DNA of 64,000 nucleotides from an uncultured bacterium (GTDB lineage Bacteria; Babelota; Babeliae; Babelales; Vermiphilaceae): NCBI GenBank assembly GCA_963701085.1, contig OY969561.1, positions 416,001 to 480,000 of the forward strand, read 5' to 3'. Shown piece by piece: positions 55,220 to 64,000 of this stretch (position 1 is its first letter; each line of letters starts with the position of its first letter). The notes under the pieces were generated by a model. It saw only the letters and a program-made list of their open reading frames with translations, ran no database searches and was not told where the DNA came from. The position numbers and the translations under genes were made by a program.

Positions 55220-56851
55220 ATGGATATGAAACATATATCATTGCGAATAACAATCGTTGCTGCATGCTGCAGCATTGCACTCATGTCACAAACAGCACAA
55301 AGTATGGAAAATTTTTTCCATGAACACAAAAATATCGGAGAAATCGCGGGAGCATTTTCACCAACACTCGGGCGATTGATGAATGGTGAGCAACCGGCAA
55401 TAGCTAATAATCCTCACAAAAATGAAACCGCTTTCACGCGACACACCTATACCATAAGTGAAGGTGAAAAAGTCTATCGCAAAAACCGCTTACCAATCAT
55501 AAAAGCTGCCCTAGAAAAAATGCTTAATCGTTCAATAAATGAACATCAAATTCCAAAAATCGCTCTCATTTGCAGTGGCGGTGGATACCGTGCAATGTTC
55601 TGCACCACCGGATCATTATGCGGTGCGCAAGAAATAGGTCTTTTGGATGCAACCACCTATATAACAGCGTTATCTGGATCAACATGGGCGGTTGCACCAT
55701 GGATTTCCACCGGATTACCGCTCAGAAAATTTAAAGATTATCTCCAGGAGTGCGCTGCAAAACCATTCCGTGATCTTACACATGAAGAAAAAATGTTGAT
55801 AGCAAACGCAATCGCCGTAAAAAAAACATACAAGCAACCTCGTACATTGGTCGACCCTTATGGCGATCTTTTAGCAAACAGGTTACTTGCATACTTTGGC
55901 GACATGAAACAGATGATCTATTTATCAGACCAATCTCAATCAATTGAATCCGGCACGTATCCTTACCCCATTTATACCGCAATAGATGGTCGCGAAAGCA
56001 TAGCACATGGACAAACATGGTATGAATTCACTCCTCATACAATCGGCGAACGGACCAATAACATACACATACCAACATGGGCATATGGAAGAAAATTCAA
56101 AAAAGGTGAATCTACCAACCATGCTCCAGAAAAAAATCTGGGCTATATGATGGGCACCTGGGGCTCCGCTTTTGCTGCAAATATTGATGATATAATCGAG
56201 GAAATAGACAAAGACAAAGACCATGAAAATCTTCTTGAAAAACTTGCTCAACCAATAGATGGAAAAAGAATTCTGCCTTTTGAGGCAAAAGTATCTAATT
56301 ACATGTACAGAATGCACTACCTTTCAGATGCAAAACTATCATCAAAGAAACATCTGAAATTTGTTGATTCCGGTCTTGAAATTAACTTACCTTACCCTCC
56401 TGTCAGCAGCACATGTCCAGAACGCACCCCCGATATTCTCATTTTTTTGGATGCATCAGCAGGACACATAGGCGATGAATTAAAAAAAGTAGCTGAATAT
56501 GCAAAAAGCAAGAACATCCCATTTCCTTCTATTAATAACGAGCTTCTTGGCAAGCAAACAATAAGCATTTTTAAAGATGAAGACAATACAGCAACGCCGA
56601 TTGTTATTTATATGCCACGCATCAGTGATAAACAATTATGGGAGGCAAACAGATCAAAACCAGAATTTGCACACTACAACCTTTCAGGTTTTGACCTAGA
56701 TCATGAGACCAATAACGGCTACTGTAAAACACAAAACTTTCAATACAAGCCAGAACACTCTGAACTTGTGATGAACCAGACCGAATTCAATATGTGCATT
56801 AATAAAGATATCATTTTAAAGGAAATCAATTGGTGCATAGATAGGAAATAA
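55220..56851 (+). CDS. Secreted cPLA2/phospholipase B-type lysophospholipase
   Basis: CSGGGYRAM, GLLDATTYITALSGSTW, PYPIYTA, WYEFTP, GTWGSAF and catalytic FVDSGLEINLPYP. Confidence 0.88.
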   Translation: MDMKHISLRITIVAACCSIALMSQTAQSMENFFHEHKNIGEIAGAFSPTLGRLMNGEQPAIANNPHKNETAFTRHTYTISEGEKVYRKNRLPIIKAALEKMLNRSINEHQIPKIALICSGGGYRAMFCTTGSLCGAQEIGLLDATTYITALSGSTWAVAPWISTGLPLRKFKDYLQECAAKPFRDLTHEEKMLIANAIAVKKTYKQPRTLVDPYGDLLANRLLAYFGDMKQMIYLSDQSQSIESGTYPYPIYTAIDGRESIAHGQTWYEFTPHTIGERTNNIHIPTWAYGRKFKKGESTNHAPEKNLGYMMGTWGSAFAANIDDIIEEIDKDKDHENLLEKLAQPIDGKRILPFEAKVSNYMYRMHYLSDAKLSSKKHLKFVDSGLEINLPYPPVSSTCPERTPDILIFLDASAGHIGDELKKVAEYAKSKNIPFPSINNELLGKQTISIFKDEDNTATPIVIYMPRISDKQLWEANRSKPEFAHYNLSGFDLDHETNNGYCKTQNFQYKPEHSELVMNQTEFNMCINKDIILKEINWCIDRK

Positions 56852-57053
56852 TTTCCCAAATGAAATTATATAACAATAAAGTACAAAAACCGTAGACTTT
56901 CATTACAATTTTTATATAGCTTATTAAAAAAATATAAAAAAAAGGAGACTCAAAGACATAGACTAATAATCCATATCACAAAAATACCCATCTGAAGAAT
57001 GCGCCTAAAAAAAAGATAAAAAACAATACAACATATTGTACAAAGGAATTGTA

Positions 57054-59051
57054 ATGATAAACGGAACGTATCGTTCAGTACTTGTCAGCCTTATCGCCAT
57101 CGGCGGTTTGATTACTACGTCTCAAGTCGCGGCAAAAACAAAAATAAAAAAACATAATATTCAATTACAGCTTGCTGATTCCCTTGGATTTCCTATTGTA
57201 GGAAGTGAATTCTGGGTTACTCTTGAGGTCATCCGAGAGTCGCTCGAGGAGAATAAATCATTGGTAACATTACAACTACCTCTCATTAACTTTCAAACTC
57301 AAGCAGCACCTTCCCCCGATAATCCGATTGGCCCTGGATTAGTTCCTGGAGGATATCTTTACACCTCTGATGGTTTTTTATCAAGAAAAAATCGGCCGTT
57401 CGTTTTAGTTCCGCCTTCAATTGTAGCAGCATCTGATAATGGATTGTCTCCTGTGTTCTCATTCACGCAAGATCCAGAAACATTACCCAATCCTCCAGCT
57501 GGTTACATTGTACAAGTAACTAATGCCGGCGAATTGCAAGTACAAGCAGCGGGAACCTTTGGAAACGTAATTGCACCAGGACCACAAATTTTAATGCCTT
57601 GTTCTATCTCCTACTTATCAAAAGGTAGTACCAAAAAGCTCTCCAACAACACCAAAATCAGCACTGGTGCCACAAATATTACCCAATTTACCGGTAGAGC
57701 AGCGAATGATGGCATTAGAGATTCTCACGTCAACGATGCATTCAATGGCATTGTTGCATTCGACTGGACTGATAATTCTATGATTGCAGATCAATCCAAC
57801 AATACTGTGAATACAATGGTTGCCATTGGCACAGTGAAACATGGCAAACTCAACATTGGCACACCGGTACAACTGACTAATTTGCCTGCTGGAGTAATGG
57901 CATGGGATACTGCAGTTGCCATTAATAGAGCTAATCCAAATAATATTGTAGTTTCATGGGAGCAACTTGACCATACAGTGAGCCCAACCATCGGCCTCCC
58001 TTATCGTGCCGTTTCATTTGATGGCGGTAAAACATGGCCGGTAAATGGCCTAATGAATGTAGGGCCAACAGGAAATCCTAGTTCAGCTGGTGACTGCCTC
58101 GGAGTAGCATCGGATAAATTTGGTAATATCTGGTATTCTGCAACAAATCTTTTTGACAATGCAGGCAACTTAATCAACCAACCATACTTTGCAGTAAGTA
58201 CCGATGGTGGTGTTACCTTTACCCTTGCATATACAGTTCCAGCATTTGATTTTAATCTAGGAGTAACCGATTACCCACAGTATTGTTTTGGTGGTGATGG
58301 ATTTGGCAACTATGGCTTATGGTTCCAAACTACTATTTTCCTCAATGATGGCGATGCATATCCAAATGTTGGATTCATACAAATACCAGGCCCACTCAGT
58401 CCTTCCGATTTCCCATTAACCAGCAATTTCACCGATCTGTTTGGACTTAATAATAGCATCACTGAAGGGGATCTTGCAGCATCATCAGATGGACGAGTTT
58501 GGTTTGCCGGATATCCAAATGCATTTGGATCATCTACCTATATTCATCCACAATCAATTTCATTCAAATCACCTGGCGCAATCGATGAAAATTGGAGTGG
58601 CTCTTGGAATTACTTAATTGGCAATGATAGCAGCGATATATATGAGATTACTACTGCCATATCATATCCAGCAGTTGGCTTTTTTGCTAATACTACATTA
58701 AGCATTGTTTATGATGAACAACGGCAAGCTCTCTATGCCATTGCTGTTGAGCCAAACCCCGATTATTCTCAAAATTACGATATACCCCTTATTATCTCAC
58801 GTGATAATGGCATGACATGGTCTAATCCAATTAGAATCAATACAAGTCATTCTGGCAATCGCGGTTATTATTCAATGGCACTTGATACAGTTACTGGTGA
58901 TTTAGTATTTGGTTTTTATGATGGACGTAATGATTCAACATTCCAAACATTAGAATATTTTGGTGCCGTATTATCAGCCAAAAAATTGGATAAATTGGTA
59001 AATAAAATACCACTATCAAATCCAACCTTTGTGGTGCCTTCGGCAGCATAA
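57054..59051 (+). CDS. Secreted Asp-box (BNR) beta-propeller, sialidase-like, copy 1
   Basis: Signal peptide; SFDGGKTW, STDGGVTF, SRDNGMTW. Confidence 0.75.
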   Translation: MINGTYRSVLVSLIAIGGLITTSQVAAKTKIKKHNIQLQLADSLGFPIVGSEFWVTLEVIRESLEENKSLVTLQLPLINFQTQAAPSPDNPIGPGLVPGGYLYTSDGFLSRKNRPFVLVPPSIVAASDNGLSPVFSFTQDPETLPNPPAGYIVQVTNAGELQVQAAGTFGNVIAPGPQILMPCSISYLSKGSTKKLSNNTKISTGATNITQFTGRAANDGIRDSHVNDAFNGIVAFDWTDNSMIADQSNNTVNTMVAIGTVKHGKLNIGTPVQLTNLPAGVMAWDTAVAINRANPNNIVVSWEQLDHTVSPTIGLPYRAVSFDGGKTWPVNGLMNVGPTGNPSSAGDCLGVASDKFGNIWYSATNLFDNAGNLINQPYFAVSTDGGVTFTLAYTVPAFDFNLGVTDYPQYCFGGDGFGNYGLWFQTTIFLNDGDAYPNVGFIQIPGPLSPSDFPLTSNFTDLFGLNNSITEGDLAASSDGRVWFAGYPNAFGSSTYIHPQSISFKSPGAIDENWSGSWNYLIGNDSSDIYEITTAISYPAVGFFANTTLSIVYDEQRQALYAIAVEPNPDYSQNYDIPLIISRDNGMTWSNPIRINTSHSGNRGYYSMALDTVTGDLVFGFYDGRNDSTFQTLEYFGAVLSAKKLDKLVNKIPLSNPTFVVPSAA

Positions 59052-59082
59052 TACCAAAAGATATTAAACAAAGATGCTCAAC

Positions 59083-59113
59083 AAAAGCCCCCGGATCACA
59101 CCGGGGGATTTTT
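59083..59113 (+). terminator. Intrinsic terminator (second copy at about 61483-61513)
   Basis: aaaagcccccgg...ccgggggattttt. Confidence 0.7.
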
Positions 59114-59414
59114 ATTCAACACGTAAACATATACTCTTTAAGACTTATATCCTATGTGCATTAATAAAGATATCATTTTAAAGGAAATCAATTGGTGCAT
59201 AGATAGGAAATAATTTCCCAAATGAAATTATATAACAATAAAGTACAAAAACCGTAGACTTTCATTACAATTTTTATATAGCTTATTAAAAAAATATAAA
59301 AAAAAGGAGACTCAAAGACATAGACTAATAATCCATATCACAAAAATACCCATCTGAAGAATGCGCCTAAAAAAAGATAAAAAACAATACAACATATTGT
59401 ACAAAGGAATTGTA

Positions 59415-61451
59415 ATGATAAACGGAACGTATCGTTCAGTACTTGTCAGCCTTATCGCCATCGGCGGTTTGATTACTACGTCTCAAGTCGCGGCAAAAAC
59501 AAAAATAAAAAAACATAATATTCAATTACAGCTTGCTGATTCCCTTGGATTTCCTATTGTAGGAAGTGAATTCTGGGTTACCCTTGAGGTCATCCGAGAG
59601 TCGCTCGAAGAGAATAAATCATTGGTAACATTACAACTGCCACTCATTAACTTTCAAACTCAAGCAGCACCTTCTCCCGATAATCCGATTGGCCCTGGAT
59701 TAGTTCCTGGAGGATATCTTTACACCTCTGATGGTTTTTTATCAAGAAAAAATCGACCGTTCGTTTTAGTTCCGCCTTCAATTGTAGCAGCATCTGATAA
59801 TGGATTGTCTCCTGTGTTCTCATTCACGCAAGATCCAGAAACATTACCCAATCCTCCAGCTGGTTACATTGTACAAGTAACTAATGCCGGCGAATTGCAA
59901 GTACAAGCAGCGGGAACCTTTGGAAACGTAATTGCACCAGGACCACAAATTTTAATGCCTTGTTCTATCTCCTACTTATCAAAAGGTAGTACCAAAAAGC
60001 TCTCCAACAACACCAAAATCAGCTCTGGTGTCACAAATATTACCCAATTTACTGGTGGAGCGGCGAATGATGGTATTAGAGACACACACGTCAATGATGC
60101 ATTTGATGGCGTTGTTGCATTCAGCTGGACTTCTAATTCTGGGAACGTAAATCTTAATAATGGAACTCTGAATACATTTGTCGCAATAGGAACAGTCAAA
60201 AACGGTGAACTGAAAATGCATTCGCAAATTAATTTAACCAACTATCCAGACAACGTGTTAACGCCTACCAATCTAGGTATTCAGGCATGGGATACTTCAG
60301 TTGCAATTAATAGAGCAAATCCAGATAATATTGTAGTCTCATGGGGCAAAATCGATCGATCAAATGAACCAAGCTTAACCGTCCTCCCTTATCGTGCCGT
60401 TTCATTTGATGGTGGTAAAACATGGCCTATAAACGGACTAATGGACGTACCACCAACAGGAAATCCTGCTCGATTTGGCGACTGTCTTGGAGTATCCTCA
60501 GATAAATTTGGTAATATCTGGTATTCTGCAACAAATAGATTTGATGGTTCAGGTAATCAGATCAACCAACCATATTTTGCCGTGAGCACTGATGGTGGGA
60601 TTACCTTTACCCTTGCATATACAGTTCCAGCATTTGATTTTAATCTAGGATTCACCGATTACCCACAATATTGTTTTGGTGGTGATGGATTTGGCAACTA
60701 TGGTTTATGGTTCCAAACTACTATTTACCTCAATGATGGCGATGCGTATCCAAACGTTGGGTTCATACAAATACCAGGCCCACTCACACCTTCCGATTTT
60801 CCATTAACCAGCAATTTCACCGATTTGTTCGGACTGAATAATAGCATCATCGAGGGAGATCTTGCAGCATCATCAGACGGACGAGTGTGGTTTCAAGGAT
60901 ATCCGAATGCATTTGGATCATTTAGCTACATTCAGCCACAATCAATTTCATTCAAATCACCTGGCGCCATCGATGAAAACTGGAGTGGCTCTTGGAATTA
61001 CTTAATTGGCAATGATCTAAGCGATACATACTTTGGATCGATCCCTACTCCAATTGCTATATCATATCCACTTGTTGGCTTTTTTACTAATACTACATTA
61101 GGCATTGTTTATGATGAACAACGGCAAGCTCTCTATGCCATTGCTGTTGAGCCAAACCCGGATTATTCTCAAAATTACGATATACCCCTTATTATCTCAC
61201 GTGATAATGGCATGACGTGGTCTAATCCAATTCGAGTCAATACGAGTCATTCCGGCAATCGTGGTTATCAGTCAATGGCACTTGATACAGTAACTGGTGA
61301 TTTAGTATTTGGTTTTTATGATGGGCGTAATGATCCGACACTTCAGACATTAGAATATTTTGGTGCCGTATTATCAGCCAAAAAATTGGATAAATTGGTA
61401 AATAAAATACCACTATCAAATCCAACCTTTGTGGTGCCTTCGGCAGCATAA
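59415..61451 (+). CDS. Secreted Asp-box (BNR) beta-propeller, sialidase-like, copy 2
   Basis: Same motifs; identical N-terminal about 200 aa, divergent middle. Confidence 0.75.
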   Translation: MINGTYRSVLVSLIAIGGLITTSQVAAKTKIKKHNIQLQLADSLGFPIVGSEFWVTLEVIRESLEENKSLVTLQLPLINFQTQAAPSPDNPIGPGLVPGGYLYTSDGFLSRKNRPFVLVPPSIVAASDNGLSPVFSFTQDPETLPNPPAGYIVQVTNAGELQVQAAGTFGNVIAPGPQILMPCSISYLSKGSTKKLSNNTKISSGVTNITQFTGGAANDGIRDTHVNDAFDGVVAFSWTSNSGNVNLNNGTLNTFVAIGTVKNGELKMHSQINLTNYPDNVLTPTNLGIQAWDTSVAINRANPDNIVVSWGKIDRSNEPSLTVLPYRAVSFDGGKTWPINGLMDVPPTGNPARFGDCLGVSSDKFGNIWYSATNRFDGSGNQINQPYFAVSTDGGITFTLAYTVPAFDFNLGFTDYPQYCFGGDGFGNYGLWFQTTIYLNDGDAYPNVGFIQIPGPLTPSDFPLTSNFTDLFGLNNSIIEGDLAASSDGRVWFQGYPNAFGSFSYIQPQSISFKSPGAIDENWSGSWNYLIGNDLSDTYFGSIPTPIAISYPLVGFFTNTTLGIVYDEQRQALYAIAVEPNPDYSQNYDIPLIISRDNGMTWSNPIRVNTSHSGNRGYQSMALDTVTGDLVFGFYDGRNDPTLQTLEYFGAVLSAKKLDKLVNKIPLSNPTFVVPSAA

Positions 61452-61673
61452 TACCAAAAAATATTAAACAAAGATGCTCAACAAAAGCCCCCGGTTTGAT
61501 CCGGGGGCTTTTTATTCAACACGTAAACATATACTCTTTAAGACTTATATCCACTGACAATCATATAACAACTTCAAGCTATATCAAACATAAGTACGCC
61601 AAGATAAAATTGCTTTTTTCTGCTATACTATGAAAAACATCACCAACTTTTTGAAAAAAATTAAAGGTATTTA

Positions 61674-62015
61674 ATGCTTATTATAAACAATACAATATCC
61701 CTTCAAGAACTAAAAATGATGTCGGAGAAGATGTTTGGTAGCATAGTAAAAGCTGTAGTTGATATCGAAAAAGGCATTATGGTCGTTGACGCAGATCTTC
61801 ATGCCGATGAAGAAGAACTATTATTAAAACAAGGGTCAGAACAACAAAATCTATGGGGCATCAACATCCATCCAGATAAAACAGGTCTAGATTTTATAGA
61901 GTTTGATTCTATGATCAATCTACGACCATCTTGGGGAAATAAGAGCCGAGGGGTTGATAACGCAAAAATACAAGAAAAAATAAGAACTATAGTTAATCAT
62001 CTGGTGACACAATGA
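61674..62015 (+). CDS. DUF5674-like protein
   Basis: VKAVVDIEK..HADEE..LL..GS.Q.NLWGIN...IEFDSMINLRP..GN.SRGV pattern recalled for DUF5674. Confidence 0.7.
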   Translation: MLIINNTISLQELKMMSEKMFGSIVKAVVDIEKGIMVVDADLHADEEELLLKQGSEQQNLWGINIHPDKTGLDFIEFDSMINLRPSWGNKSRGVDNAKIQEKIRTIVNHLVTQ

Positions 62016-62347
62016 TTATTCATAAAAATCTTGCCGCTGGAGGCTGGCTTAAATTCTCTCTCATAGAACAACTTGCAAATATCGGGTGTGATATTGAACG
62101 AACAATTCAATGGAAAAAACGTGGCAATCTTGATTATAGTCAAAAAGCTTTTGAAAGAGCGCTAGAACTTATAGATTTAACGGTTGCTGATCAAAAAAAT
62201 AAGGGAAGATTACGCGAGATTTTACGCACACGAGAAGCACTTGTAGATTTTTTTGTTTATAATAATGAATACAACACTAGCGAAACAATATGGCAAAATT
62301 ATTTTTTTGCTTTTAACTACGCCGCTGCTATGCAAAAAGGACGATAA
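62012..62347 (+). CDS. Small helical hypothetical protein coupled to the DUF5674 gene
   Basis: ATGA start/stop overlap; W..FSL.EQLANIG...ERALEL.DLT...LRE..R.RE. Confidence 0.75.
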   Translation: MIIHKNLAAGGWLKFSLIEQLANIGCDIERTIQWKKRGNLDYSQKAFERALELIDLTVADQKNKGRLREILRTREALVDFFVYNNEYNTSETIWQNYFFAFNYAAAMQKGR

Positions 62348-62362
62348 TTAAGAACGATACTT

Positions 62363-62419
62363 ATTGGTATGTTTAAAAAAAACCTGGCGTTGTGTCAGGT
62401 TTTTTTTAAACATACCAAT
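62363..62419. terminator. Perfect 24-bp inverted repeat; bidirectional terminator
   Basis: attggtatgtttaaaaaaaacctg ... caggttttttttaaacataccaat. Confidence 0.7.
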
Positions 62420-62428
62420 GTAATTTTT

Positions 62429-63184
62429 TTAAGACTTATATCCACTAACAATCATATATGGCAGATACAACTTTATAGATTTATCTTCTGCCACAGGATA
62501 TTTTTCAAGGTAATTGTTTATAACATCATTCATAAACTCTACCTGACGCTCCTGAGGGATGATTCCATTCAATTCTGATGAATATGATGCAATCCATGCC
62601 ATAAATTTTTCTTTTGTCTTAAAAATAAATGGTTTTTTGATAATTTCACACGCAATACGATCTCCAATCCCTGCTCCTTCAAACAATTTTTTCATTGCTC
62701 TACTGCCACAAAGTTTTACTTCCTTATCGTTATCATAAAACTCTTTCCATGTATCATTCATGAAAGTTTGATAATATATATTTATATAGGGAGATTTATC
62801 ATAAGGCAACACCGCACAAAATTGACCATGTCTTTTTAATAAACGAGCGCCATTATCGAATGATTCTTGAGGTTTCTTAACAACATCCCAACACGCAAAC
62901 GTTAACACCTTATCATAACCTACTGCAGGCTTCTCCATCATATTCAGTGTATGTGTATCAATACAATAAATCTGCGCATCATAGGCCTTTTGCTGAATTA
63001 TTTTTTCACAATGAACACCAATATGCAAAATTTTCTCTTTATCAGCAAACAATAATTTTGAGACTGCGCACGTGGTCACCTTACGCTCGATCATTGATAA
63101 CTGCTTCTCATTCTCCATTCCACGCATACCACAAAACGAGAAACCAAATACTATTATTAAAAACTGTACTTTGTACGCATTCAT
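62429..63184 (-). CDS. Signal-peptide class I SAM-methyltransferase-like protein with a degenerate motif I
   Basis: KILHIGVHCE, IYCID, YDKVLTFACWDVV, LLKRHGQF, LFEGAG. Confidence 0.5.
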   Translation of the reverse strand: MNAYKVQFLIIVFGFSFCGMRGMENEKQLSMIERKVTTCAVSKLLFADKEKILHIGVHCEKIIQQKAYDAQIYCIDTHTLNMMEKPAVGYDKVLTFACWDVVKKPQESFDNGARLLKRHGQFCAVLPYDKSPYINIYYQTFMNDTWKEFYDNDKEVKLCGSRAMKKLFEGAGIGDRIACEIIKKPFIFKTKEKFMAWIASYSSELNGIIPQERQVEFMNDVINNYLEKYPVAEDKSIKLYLPYMIVSGYKS

Positions 63185-63248
63185 ACAAACTCCTCTTCAT
63201 TTAAAAAAGAACAATTATCTTATGTCATCTTACAACGATATTATCAAG

Positions 63249-63280
63249 AAAAAAAGCCCCGTTTAAAGCGGGGCTTTTTT
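63249..63280 (-). terminator. Intrinsic terminator
   Basis: aaaaaaagccccg...cggggctttttt. Confidence 0.7.
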
Positions 63281-63313
63281 AATATATTATCTAATCCCAA
63301 AAAGCAGCTATTG

Positions 63314-63565
63314 TTATTTGTTGCAGTTGCAAGGGCATGAGCCGCATCCAGGGCAACACATAAAGCCTTTAACAAACATAGCCAAGCTGATCATGCCAGA
63401 AAGACCAATAATCCACACCATTGGCATGAGCATCCCTGGCATCATATTCATCATCGATGCAAAGAAATCGTATCCGTACATAGCTGTCAACATATTAATT
63501 GAAACGAGCGCAGTAATTATCCAGGTTGCCATTCCGATCATCTTCATCATTGGTGAATGCATCAT
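63314..63565 (-). CDS. Small two-TM protein (DUF378-like) with a Cys-rich tail
   Basis: aaggag RBS before MMHSP; two hydrophobic helices; CCPGCGSCPCNC end. Confidence 0.6.
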   Translation of the reverse strand: MMHSPMMKMIGMATWIITALVSINMLTAMYGYDFFASMMNMMPGMLMPMVWIIGLSGMISLAMFVKGFMCCPGCGSCPCNCNK

Positions 63566-63764
63566 AATAAAACCACTCCTTTTTAGAAAAACATATAAAA
63601 ACAACTCTTATTTCATTATTAGCACACCACGGTTTTTTGTGCAATAAAAAATATAAACCATTAAAAAAATTGCTTAAAAAGCCTTTTTAACGCACACTAA
63701 ATAATACAAGAAACTTCTTATATTTTTAAAAATAACTTAAAAAATTAATGCTGAAAGCACATCT

Positions 63765-64000
63765 ATGAGTATCAAAGCCGGACTCGTCGGACTTCCTAAT
63801 GTCGGAAAATCAACACTCTTTAACGCACTGACCAAATCAAGCATTCCCATGGAAAATTATCCATTTTGCACGATTGATCCGCACGTTGCAATAACTGAAG
63901 TTCCTGACACCCGTCTTGAACAGCTCAAAAAACTGTACAATTCTGGCAAAATTATTCCTGCAACCGTGACCTTTGTCGATATTGCTGGCCTTGTTAAAGG
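63765..64000 (+). CDS. ychF: Ribosome-binding ATPase YchF (5' part only)
   Basis: [23 protein letters not shown]...NYPFCTIDP...FVDIAGLVK; not in the ORF track because it is truncated by the window edge. Confidence 0.95.
   Translation, partial: MSIKAGLVGLPNVGKSTLFNALTKSSIPMENYPFCTIDPHVAITEVPDTRLEQLKKLYNSGKIIPATVTFVDIAGLVK

Larger units (their letters stand above)
56791..61552 (+). repeat. Tandem duplication: 56791-59152 and 59153-61552
   Basis: Both units start tatgtgcattaataaagat (3' end of the phospholipase gene) and end ttaagacttatatcc. Confidence 0.92.
61538..62458. mobile_element. Small two-gene islet bounded by a 30-bp direct repeat that duplicates the 3' end of the adjacent gene
   Basis: ttaagacttatatccact(g/a)acaatcatata at 61538-61567 and 62429-62458. 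Confidence 0.55.

Noticed and set aside
56999-57053. A8 vs A7 difference upstream of the two Asp-box genes as a phase-variable frameshift
   Set aside because: The likely start is the downstream ATG (57054/59415) after an aaagga RBS, so the run lies outside the CDS.
57054-61451. Diversity-generating retroelement TR/VR pair
   Set aside because: Differences between the copies include many C/T synonymous changes and indels rather than adenine-specific substitutions; no reverse transcriptase is in the window.

Overview
AT-rich bacterial chromosomal window. Gene content (many signal-peptide hypotheticals, ankyrin and F-box-like proteins, a cPLA2-type phospholipase, archaeal/eukaryote-type ProRS, a histone-H1-like protein) suggests a protist-infecting bacterium, most plausibly Ca. 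Dependentiae (TM6/Babelota); this is inference only. Layout: (1) 1-19 kb: two divergently transcribed, signal-peptide-bearing fibre genes built from phage-tail-fibre, collagen-like, beta-helix and S74-chaperone modules. One is over 4,700 codons and runs off the left edge. A secreted GT2-TPR glycosyltransferase lies beside them, and all three genes carry single-base frameshifts. (2) 19-41.5 kb: mostly housekeeping genes on the minus strand (recF, dnaN, xerD-like, proS; carD-miaA-SPOR-ppiD/surA-like-recA-infC-rpmI-rplT-zapB-zapA-[6S RNA?]-rny-ymdB), plus an H1-like protein, FKBP and an ankyrin protein. (3) 41.5-63.6 kb: candidate effector arrays around dnaK. They include two F-box-like/ankyrin-like/CaaX proteins, two HExxH peptidase-like proteins, a triplicated LPxE family, a cPLA2-like phospholipase, a mosaic tandem duplication of an Asp-box (sialidase-like) gene, and a two-gene DUF5674 cassette flanked by a 30-bp direct repeat. 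Many unrelated secreted proteins have Met right after the predicted signal-peptidase site. Nested REP/MITE-like palindromes and an unexplained structured GC-rich element upstream of dnaK are also present. ychF begins at the right edge. Domain calls come from recognising motifs by eye; no database searches were run.
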